Positions 9,538 through 16,940 of a DNA stretch of 60,629 nt are shown one piece after another (position 1 is the first letter of the stretch; each line of letters opens with the position of its first letter). Both the position numbers and the translations under genes were made by a program. Under the pieces are notes generated by a model, which saw only the letters and a list, made by a program, of their open reading frames with translations, was not told the DNA's origin and made no database searches. The stretch is from Flavobacteriaceae bacterium UBA7446 (GTDB lineage Bacteria; Bacteroidota; Bacteroidia; Flavobacteriales; Flavobacteriaceae): the NCBI GenBank assembly GCA_002478685.1, contig DLPY01000057.1, forward strand, positions 1 through 60,629. Reading direction: 5' to 3'.

Positions 9538-10607
9538 GATTCTAATTGGGTGTTAAATAGGGCGCCATTTTTTGTGGCAAAAAAATCAACAACGTTAATT
9601 TCTTCTTGTTTAATAAACCCTTTTTGTGGCAGTTTTCCTTGAGCAACTAACTCAACCACCGCAGCCAAAGAGGCCGCTGTTGTCCAAGAGATTGCACGCC
9701 AGGTGTACCCTGCTATTTCTTTTGGAAAATAGGTGCGGAAAAATTCTTTACGCTTCATTTTTCCGTCAATTAACCCTTCTACAACTGCATAAACATGCAC
9801 AAGGTCCTCGTCTACAGGAGGTTTTGCGGTGGTAAGAATTTCTTCAAGTTTTGTCAAATCTTCTTTAAGAATCAATTCGTAAAGTAAAAAGCGCATGAGT
9901 TTACCATGCCCAGGATAGCGAATGGTTTTGTAATTTAACGTGTCTACTTTACCCTTATAAGTTTCGCACATAGTTCCTAACCCTCCTGAGGTAGTAAACG
10001 CCTCATATTCTTGTCCCTCTATATTCATCTGTTCAAATCCGTCAAGTGAGGGAAGCATTTTACGCGTTCCATTTTGTATTGCTTCAGCATCGTTTAGATA
10101 CTCATTTAAAACCCCTGCAGGAGACCATGTAAACGAATAAGAGAGCTGTCCGTTAGGATAACGTGGAAGTGCGCCCACACGTAATTCTATATCCCGAAGC
10201 GTATCAAACTTTGATGCCAAATGTCCTCCAATAATCCCGATGAGCCCAGGGGCTAAACCACACTGAGGTGCGAGCACACTTGAAGCACTTTTTCCTAAAG
10301 ATTCAATATAGTTCGTGGTGGTAACGTCTTCTGTTAAATCAAAGTAATGTATTCCTTTTTGATGCGCTATGGAAGCAATTCTGCGGTTTAAATAATAAGG
10401 AAGTGCAGACACTACAGCATCAACATTTTGAAGAACTTTTGTAATCGATTCTGCTTTGCTTATGTCAGCAACTTGACAAGGAAATGGATACTGGATTTTA
10501 TAATGTGGCTTGGACATATCATAGCCGATAACATCGAAATGCTTATGGAGTAGGAGACCAACCAAAGTGCCTACTTTTCCGAGACCTAAAACGGCAATCC
10601 TGTTCAT
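9534..10607 (-). CDS. Saccharopine dehydrogenase family NAD(P)-binding protein
   Basis: Rossmann N-terminus MNRIAVLGLGKVG, then Sacchrp_dh-like N and C regions. It overlaps the downstream DUF1338 gene by 4 nt, suggesting an operon. An alternative upstream ATG exists at 10625. Confidence 0.8.
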   Translation of the reverse strand: MNRIAVLGLGKVGTLVGLLLHKHFDVIGYDMSKPHYKIQYPFPCQVADISKAESITKVLQNVDAVVSALPYYLNRRIASIAHQKGIHYFDLTEDVTTTNYIESLGKSASSVLAPQCGLAPGLIGIIGGHLASKFDTLRDIELRVGALPRYPNGQLSYSFTWSPAGVLNEYLNDAEAIQNGTRKMLPSLDGFEQMNIEGQEYEAFTTSGGLGTMCETYKGKVDTLNYKTIRYPGHGKLMRFLLYELILKEDLTKLEEILTTAKPPVDEDLVHVYAVVEGLIDGKMKRKEFFRTYFPKEIAGYTWRAISWTTAASLAAVVELVAQGKLPQKGFIKQEEINVVDFFATKNGALFNTQLES

Positions 10608-10721
10608 TGTGTAATAAAATAACAATATATTGTTACTAATATAACAAAATAAAAAATATGAATAAGCTTAAGGCTTTGGATTAGACAGCTTTACTAACAG
10701 TGAAAACATTGTGAATGGGTT

Positions 10722-11504
10722 TTACTTTCCAGAAAAAACTCCTTGCATAAAGGTTTCTTGCTCGTCCGCTAGCTCTTTATCTACTAAGATGCGTCCGCTA
10801 TGCTCATCAGTGATGATTTTTTTTCGTGAAGCAATTTCCATTTGCACTTGTGGTGGAATGGTAAAGAATGAACCACCTGATGCTCCGCGCTCTACCGAAA
10901 CGATCGCTAATCCATTTTTAACAGAAGTACGTATACGTTGATATGCTGTTACCAAACGCTCATCAGCTTTGGCAGCAAACTCTTTTGATTTTTCAAGAAG
11001 TATGTCTTCTTCTTTTTGAGTTTCAGCCAAAATAGCGTCCAACTCATCATTTTTGTGCTTTAAATGTGTTTTTCGCTCCTCTAATTTGGTAGTAGTTTCG
11101 ACAACCCCTTCGTTTTTTTGTTCAATAAGGGCAGATAGCTGCTTGATTTGCTTTTCAGCCAATTGAATTTCAAGTTCTTGATATTCTAGTTCTTTGTTTA
11201 GTGACTCATACTCACGGTTGTTGCGAACATTTTTTTGCTGCTCTTTGTATTTTTTGATGAGCTCCTTGGAAGTTTCAATACTATTTTTCTTTGTCTTTAT
11301 TTCATCTTCATAAGCGGCAACTTCAATGCCAAAATTACTTAGACGTTTTTCTAGCCCAGCAACTTCAGCTTCCAAATCATCTACCTCTAGAGGTAATTCA
11401 CCGCGAACATTTCGGATTTCGTCAACACGGGTGTCAATGAGTTGCAGGTTATAAAGGGCACGTAATTTTTCTTCGACAGTAGTTTCTGCTTTCTTTTTAG
11501 CCAT
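10722..11504 (-). CDS. COG1579/DUF164 coiled-coil 'zinc ribbon' protein (Cys-less variant)
   Basis: 260 aa. A long coiled coil is followed by a conserved tail ..VERGASGGSFFTIPPQ..ITDEHSGRILV. It lies directly downstream of a Nif3 gene, a widely conserved pairing. Confidence 0.75.
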   Translation of the reverse strand: MAKKKAETTVEEKLRALYNLQLIDTRVDEIRNVRGELPLEVDDLEAEVAGLEKRLSNFGIEVAAYEDEIKTKKNSIETSKELIKKYKEQQKNVRNNREYESLNKELEYQELEIQLAEKQIKQLSALIEQKNEGVVETTTKLEERKTHLKHKNDELDAILAETQKEEDILLEKSKEFAAKADERLVTAYQRIRTSVKNGLAIVSVERGASGGSFFTIPPQVQMEIASRKKIITDEHSGRILVDKELADEQETFMQGVFSGK

Positions 11505-11506
11505 AG

Positions 11507-12601
11507 TTAGAAATAATGAACAGGATTTGTATCCGTTTTAGATGAAATGAACGCAAAATTAGGGAAATTTTCGCTAAGAAACTTCATGATTGTTTTTTTG
11601 GTAAATTGCTCACTCTCATAATGACCTGCATCAATCAGTAAAATGCGATTCTCTCCCTTATAAAAATCGTGATATTTTAAATCAGCGGTAATTAAAACAT
11701 TGGCGTTTTGACCTTTTGCAGCATCAATAGCAAAACTACCAGAGCCGCCCAAAAGCGCGACACGATCTATTTTTTTTCCCAAAAGCGCACTATGTCGAAG
11801 CATAGGCGTTCCCAAAATGGCTTTTAGATCCTGCAAAAATTCTTCTTCGGTTATTGGTTTTGTTAATTGCCCAATGCACCCCATTCCTAAATTGGATCGC
11901 ACATTTTCAAGTGCCGTTAGCTCATAGGCAACCGTTTCATAAGGATGCGCTTGCTGTAATGCATCTATCACCTTGTTTTTGCAATGTTTGGGTAACACTA
12001 TTTGCAACTGAGCCTCAGCTTCTTCGTGGCGTTTCCCTTTTTCACCTACAAATGCATTACTGCCCTCAAGGGGTAAAAAACTTCCCATACCCTCCGAGTA
12101 AAAACTACACTCGGCATAGTTCCCCAAAGCACCTGCACCAGCAGCAAAAAGCGCTGCTTGCACATTGCTAAGCTGTGCATGTGGCACATACGTATTGAGT
12201 TTTAAAAAACTTCCTTTGGAAGGCGCTAAAACCTTGCGTTTTGTGAGTTTTAGTGCATCGGCTAACCCTTTGTTTACGCCATGTAACTGAACATCTAAAG
12301 CAGTATGTATGGCATAAATCGCAATATCATTTTTTATGGCTTTTGCTACAGTTCGTTCTACATAGGTATCATTCGTAATGCGCTTAAGTCCTTTAAATAT
12401 AATGGGATGAAAACAAATAATGAGGTTGCATTTTTCTTTAATGGCCTCATCAATAACGGACTCAATAGCATCGTGCGTTACAAGCGCACGCTCAATTTTT
12501 TGGTCATAGTCACCAACCAATAGGCCCACATTGTCAAAATCTTCGGCGTAGGCAATGGGTGCCCATTCATCCAAACACGATGTTATTTCTCGTACTGTCA
12601 T
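11507..12601 (-). CDS. Nif3-like dinuclear metal center protein (GTP cyclohydrolase 1 type 2 homolog)
   Basis: NIF3 motifs are present: ..DNVGLLVGD.., ..ICFHPIIFKG.., ..AIYAIHTALD.., ..ITADLKYHDF... The start was chosen at MTVREI. A longer ORF runs to 12670 but would overlap the lpxK start. Confidence 0.85.
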   Translation of the reverse strand: MTVREITSCLDEWAPIAYAEDFDNVGLLVGDYDQKIERALVTHDAIESVIDEAIKEKCNLIICFHPIIFKGLKRITNDTYVERTVAKAIKNDIAIYAIHTALDVQLHGVNKGLADALKLTKRKVLAPSKGSFLKLNTYVPHAQLSNVQAALFAAGAGALGNYAECSFYSEGMGSFLPLEGSNAFVGEKGKRHEEAEAQLQIVLPKHCKNKVIDALQQAHPYETVAYELTALENVRSNLGMGCIGQLTKPITEEEFLQDLKAILGTPMLRHSALLGKKIDRVALLGGSGSFAIDAAKGQNANVLITADLKYHDFYKGENRILLIDAGHYESEQFTKKTIMKFLSENFPNFAFISSKTDTNPVHYF

Positions 12602-12621
12602 AGTTCCAAAGATAAATGTTC

Positions 12622-12629
12622 TACTTTTG
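12622..12629 (+). promoter_or_regulatory. -7 promoter box TActTTTG abutting the lpxK start codon
   Basis: Exact TAnnTTTG, with only 5 nt between the box and the ATG at 12635. Confidence 0.4.
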
Positions 12630-12634
12630 TTTTC

Positions 12635-13639
12635 ATGGTTGCATGGAGAAAAGTATTGTTTCCGTTTCAAATTGTCTTTGCTGCTGCGGTTTTATTGCGT
12701 AAATCGCTATACAATAATGGTTTTTTTTCACGCTATTCTGCACCTGTTCCTGTAATTGCTGTGGGAAATATTTCCACTGGCGGTACAGGAAAAACGCCCA
12801 TGGTGGATTATTTACTCACCAAATTTTCCAAAAAATACCAGCTTGGTGTCCTTAGTCGAGGATATGGGCGCAGCACAAAAGGCTATGTTGCCGTTACGGC
12901 AAATGCAACTGCCGATTTGGTTGGCGATGAGCCAAAAATGCTTGCCCAAAAGCATCCAAATGTTGCGGTGTCGGTGTGTGAGCACCGACCTAACGCACTT
13001 GTTAAAATGCTGCAAGATTACCCAAAAACAGATGCCTTTTTTTTGGATGATGCGCTTCAGCATTTGCGCTTAAAACCAGCGTTTAAAATGGTGCTTACTA
13101 CTTTTCAAAACCCATGGTTTTCGGATGTTCTATTGCCTGTTGGGAATTTGCGCGAACCTGCCTCGGCAGCACAACAAGCCGATGTGGTGATCGTTACCAA
13201 ATGTCCCGCATCCTTATCTGATAAAACCAAAAAAACATACGCCTCCAAACTTGGTGTGTTGCCCACGCAACAGTTGTTTTTTACCACATTAGAATACGAC
13301 AAAAACGTCCGTGGCGCGGCTGAATTAGATATAGACGAATTTATTAAAACCCCTTTTGTGCTCCTTACGGGCATTGCCAATCCAAGTACATTATGTGCTT
13401 TTTTGGACGATAAAAACGCAACCTATACGCATCAGTCGTTTCCAGACCACCACAACTTTACAGCGGCAGAGATAGCAGCGTTGCGCAACCTAAATCAGCC
13501 TATATTAACTACCGAAAAAGATGCCGCGCGCCTTGCGCCCCATAAGCTAGCACACGTATATACCTTGGGTGTTGGTGTACGGTTTTTGGAAGGTGAAGAA
13601 AAGTTTTTAGAGGCAGTTCAGACTGCGCTTGTGGTTTGA
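12635..13639 (+). CDS. lpxK: Tetraacyldisaccharide 4'-kinase
   Basis: 334 aa with the P-loop VGNISTGGTGKTP. Length and layout are typical of LpxK. Confidence 0.9.
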   Translation: MVAWRKVLFPFQIVFAAAVLLRKSLYNNGFFSRYSAPVPVIAVGNISTGGTGKTPMVDYLLTKFSKKYQLGVLSRGYGRSTKGYVAVTANATADLVGDEPKMLAQKHPNVAVSVCEHRPNALVKMLQDYPKTDAFFLDDALQHLRLKPAFKMVLTTFQNPWFSDVLLPVGNLREPASAAQQADVVIVTKCPASLSDKTKKTYASKLGVLPTQQLFFTTLEYDKNVRGAAELDIDEFIKTPFVLLTGIANPSTLCAFLDDKNATYTHQSFPDHHNFTAAEIAALRNLNQPILTTEKDAARLAPHKLAHVYTLGVGVRFLEGEEKFLEAVQTALVV

Positions 13640-13669
13640 GATAGTTTAAATATTAAGCTAATAAATAGA

Positions 13670-13696
13670 AAAAGGCAGGGGAAACTCCTGCCTTTT
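13670..13696. terminator. Bidirectional intrinsic terminator hairpin (copy 1 of a repeated element)
   Basis: AAAAGGCAGGGG-AAA-CTCCTGCCTTTT, with an A-tract 5' and a T-tract 3'. It lies between the convergent lpxK (+) and the 13785..14507 gene (-). Confidence 0.6.
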
Positions 13697-13784
13697 GATT
13701 TAAACATACTGTTCTGGAACATTTGCATAATAGTACTTAAAATAGTAACCCAACTTAGCAGTAATTCTAATCAAATGTTCTCCA

Positions 13785-14507
13785 CTAGAGTCTAAACCTT
13801 ATACCTAAGGTGTTTGACCAGTTTCCATAATCATAATCTGGTTTTAACGAGAGATTTGCTTTCTCAGTATAAATATTAAAAACAATTTTTGACTCAAAAG
13901 ATAAATTTACCTTTTCATTAAGTGAGTAAAGAATTCTTACTTTAGGACTAAGATTGAGCACTCCTTTTTGCCAGTACGTAGAATTAAAACCATCTACATC
14001 ACTCACAGTAAAGTCTGGATTTGTAATAATCTTACTTATTCCAAAATCTAATCTTGCTGCCTTGCCGTATCCAGCACCTAATCCAGGGCTTATTTGTATT
14101 TTGTTTAGCTCAATAAAATAATTTGCATAAAAAGTAACTCGTGTATTTTGAGAGTAAAAGTAGGATTTATTCGCTAATTCACTTTGTTTTCCAACAAAAT
14201 ATCCTTTAATCTTTTCGTCATTCCGTAATTGAAAACTATTGCCCTCAATAAGTGCATTTGGAAAATTATTTCCTCTAACAAAATTAAAATTAGCCTCAAG
14301 GGTCCATTTCTTTGAAATATCTTGCTCATAGAATACACTAAAATCTAAACCAAGTGGACTAAAAGCACTTTCTTCAAAGTGGCCAGAAACTCCCATATTA
14401 AATCCAATAAACTGTTCTTTTTGTGCATGGCAAAAACTGCCAAGCAGAAAAAGGAATAAAAGGCAGGAGAAATTCCTGCCTTTTGAGGTTTGATTATTTA
14501 GGCACAT
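13785..14507 (-). CDS. Hypothetical outer-membrane beta-barrel protein (paralog 2)
   Basis: Signal peptide ..KGRNFSCLLFLFLLGSFCHA/QK, alternating beta-strand pattern, and C-terminal ..LGIRFRL. It is clearly paralogous to the upstream gene. The start was chosen at MCLNN; the ORF extends to 14528. Confidence 0.55.
   Translation of the reverse strand: MCLNNQTSKGRNFSCLLFLFLLGSFCHAQKEQFIGFNMGVSGHFEESAFSPLGLDFSVFYEQDISKKWTLEANFNFVRGNNFPNALIEGNSFQLRNDEKIKGYFVGKQSELANKSYFYSQNTRVTFYANYFIELNKIQISPGLGAGYGKAARLDFGISKIITNPDFTVSDVDGFNSTYWQKGVLNLSPKVRILYSLNEKVNLSFESKIVFNIYTEKANLSLKPDYDYGNWSNTLGIRFRL
14458..14484. repeat. Second copy of the AAAAGGCAGG..CCTGCCTTTT hairpin, inside the 5' coding region of the 13785..14507 gene
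   Basis: AAAAGGCAGGAG-AAA-TTCCTGCCTTTT differs from copy 1 at two stem positions that preserve pairing. It lies 32 nt downstream of the stop of the 14516..15235 gene. Confidence 0.55.
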
Positions 14508-14515
14508 TTGGTAAT

Positions 14516-15235
14516 CTATAACTTCCATTTTAGACCGATTCCTAAGTCACCATACCATTCATAATCAGCAATTTCATTATGAAATGGAAAACGAACAAAA
14601 GTAAAATTAGAATGAATTAATGCTGTGAACCTTTCATTTAAGGGAATATTAACATTGATTCTAGGTCCAATAGCAGACACTAAATCTGACCGAAAAGAAA
14701 CGCTATAGTCGTTGATTTTTTCATATAACCTTTCACTTGTTGTACCTCCACCAGCAATTGTTTCAGCATCATTAATATGGAACCTTGTCAATTGACCATT
14801 TCCCAGTCCCAAGCCTAACCCTAAACCAACTTTAAATGCATTTAGATCTAAATTATATGTTGGTATTAACAATAAAAAAGTTCCTGAGCCTTTTCTAAGT
14901 GTATGTAACGATTCTGGCTTGCCTTTGAAATAATTTGTTACTTCATCATCAAAATTTGACCATCTATTATTTCTGCCTAGATGTATAAAGTCTTTGGGAA
15001 AATCATCCCCAGAGCGATATGATGTTTCTATAAAAAACGAAAATTTAGAATTTATTTTTTTCCCAACACCTGCCGAAATAAACATACCATAACTACCCCA
15101 AGGGGCAACCGCAGTTACCCCAGAGTTAATATATGCCTCAATGGGTTTCCCTTGTTTTTCTTCATTCTGAGCACTGGCTAGTGCATTAAAAAGAAAAAAA
15201 CTTAACAACGTAAAATATAAAACTGTATTTTTCAT
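14516..15235 (-). CDS. Hypothetical outer-membrane beta-barrel protein (paralog 1)
   Basis: Signal peptide MKNTVLYFTLLSFFLFNALASA/QN, a Gly-rich turn VGLGLGLGLGNG, and C-terminal ..GIGLKWKL. Confidence 0.6.
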   Translation of the reverse strand: MKNTVLYFTLLSFFLFNALASAQNEEKQGKPIEAYINSGVTAVAPWGSYGMFISAGVGKKINSKFSFFIETSYRSGDDFPKDFIHLGRNNRWSNFDDEVTNYFKGKPESLHTLRKGSGTFLLLIPTYNLDLNAFKVGLGLGLGLGNGQLTRFHINDAETIAGGGTTSERLYEKINDYSVSFRSDLVSAIGPRINVNIPLNERFTALIHSNFTFVRFPFHNEIADYEWYGDLGIGLKWKL

Positions 15236-15244
15236 ATCTTTAAG

Positions 15245-16651
15245 TTATTCGGGGACATCTGTATAATGTAATTTAAGGTAGTAGTACAAGACCCCTGCCT
15301 TTCTAACATGGTATTTAACAGTTTTGCCATCTATTATTTCATCATATGTCCCATGTCCGTAATTACCGACTATATGTGAAAGCGCACCTCTTCTTGAAAT
15401 AGCATGGTTAAACCTAAATCTTGTATGCTCATCAAGTTCGTATTCAAAGTCTATGTCAAACTTGGGGTCAACTGTATATTTCTTTTTGTCTTCATCATAT
15501 CCTATGCTCACAGTTCCTTTAACTTTAGCTTTTCCACCCCAATTATGCACGGAAGCAAACACAAAGTTTTGGTCATTTTCATGCATATCCCAATCGTCAT
15601 CAAATAGCGCATTAACCGTAACCCAATGCCCTTTTCTAACCTGTTTTCTGGAAACATTCTGGCGATACATGACATTGTATTTTTTAGATGCTGCTTCATT
15701 TATACTACCATCGCTATTCAGTTTTAAATCTCCGTAAATTCTGTAGATAGCTACTTTAGATTTTGATGGGAAGCTAGACAAAAACTTTCTCTTCTGTATT
15801 TTGATTTTAGCAACATTTACAAGAAGCACATCCTTTTGACTGATTTTGGTATGGTCAACATTTTGTGTAAGCCAATACTGTCTATTTGGCGGAATGTAAG
15901 GTGGTGGGTCAATGGCAACCCAATCCTCCTTATCAAAAATAGGCATTATCAATGCAACAGGCTTTCTATATGCATAGTCATCATCTACCCGAATCTGTTC
16001 TTTCGAATAGGTGCCTGTTTTTACATTAAAAAGATGTGCATCTGAAGTGCCTCGTTCAAGGTTTTTAGGTGCCCACGACATAGCAAACTTTTCCACTTTT
16101 TCCCAGTCAAATTCTTCTTCGTAAGGGAAATATACTTCGTGCTTTGCAAAAGCTTCGGAGTCGAAAATGGAATTTGCACCACCGCCCAAACTGGCCGATG
16201 CTCCTTCTACCGACATATTGTGAATTTGCATCATCTGTTGTATAACAGGAAGTTGCCCATTCATAGCATGATAGGTTGCAATTACATTGCTCCTAAAAGA
16301 ACTACTGCTTGGTTCAGCTAGTGCATTTAATTTGCGCGCTTTGCGCAGTGCTACTTTTTCTTCCATTGGAATTTTAGATTCGTTTCCAGCTAAGGCTGCA
16401 AGCGAAATAGATTCTGAATTATCATTCTTGAATCTTGCATAATCAAGAGCATAGTCTCTTGACTCCTTATCTAAAAGAACTTGTCCTATTAGTAAAGAGA
16501 TTTCTTTTCTTAACTCTACTTCGTCAAGGTTTCCCAATGTGTTGCCATACAAGTACATATTTGGGTCAGCTTCAGTCTCGCTAGAGCAAGAAAACAGCAT
16601 CATTAGACATCCGACTAATGAAGCTAATCTAAGATCTTGTTTGAAAAACAT
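15245..16651 (-). CDS. Hypothetical lipoprotein, 468 aa, no family recognised
   Basis: Lipoprotein signal ..LMMLFSC, followed by an acidic SSETEAD that resembles the Bacteroidota surface-export signal. The ORF is long and uninterrupted, and sits 9 nt upstream of the beta-barrel genes on the same strand. Confidence 0.65.
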   Translation of the reverse strand: MFFKQDLRLASLVGCLMMLFSCSSETEADPNMYLYGNTLGNLDEVELRKEISLLIGQVLLDKESRDYALDYARFKNDNSESISLAALAGNESKIPMEEKVALRKARKLNALAEPSSSSFRSNVIATYHAMNGQLPVIQQMMQIHNMSVEGASASLGGGANSIFDSEAFAKHEVYFPYEEEFDWEKVEKFAMSWAPKNLERGTSDAHLFNVKTGTYSKEQIRVDDDYAYRKPVALIMPIFDKEDWVAIDPPPYIPPNRQYWLTQNVDHTKISQKDVLLVNVAKIKIQKRKFLSSFPSKSKVAIYRIYGDLKLNSDGSINEAASKKYNVMYRQNVSRKQVRKGHWVTVNALFDDDWDMHENDQNFVFASVHNWGGKAKVKGTVSIGYDEDKKKYTVDPKFDIDFEYELDEHTRFRFNHAISRRGALSHIVGNYGHGTYDEIIDGKTVKYHVRKAGVLYYYLKLHYTDVPE

Positions 16652-16940
16652 AACTTTTAAATTAAAAAATAAACTATATATCTATCACAAAAGGCAAAAA
16701 CATCCTTGTTTTTGTTTTCCCTTTTGGTGTTATCAAACTACCTGCTTTACTAGCAGGAACGGCTTGCAGCACATTTTTATGTCGATATCGTCTTTCCTAA
16801 ATCAAAAGTGAAGTTGTAGGTTCGTTTTGTTTAGGACCTTATAAATATACAATAAAAAAATCAAACAACCAAAACAGCCTGTGCTTATGGGGTGTCAAAA
16901 AGTGTTTTTGGATACAGTCGTAAAAGCAATAGCGGATTAG

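Noticed and set aside
16652-16940. Possible small RNA or regulatory element in the 289-nt spacer between the lipoprotein gene and lipA, including the hairpin CCTGCT-TTACT-AGCAGG at about 16741..16757
   Set aside because: There is only one short 6-bp hairpin with no clear U-tract, and no recognisable riboswitch motif. It probably holds the lipA terminator and the island promoter, but I cannot support a specific call from sequence alone.
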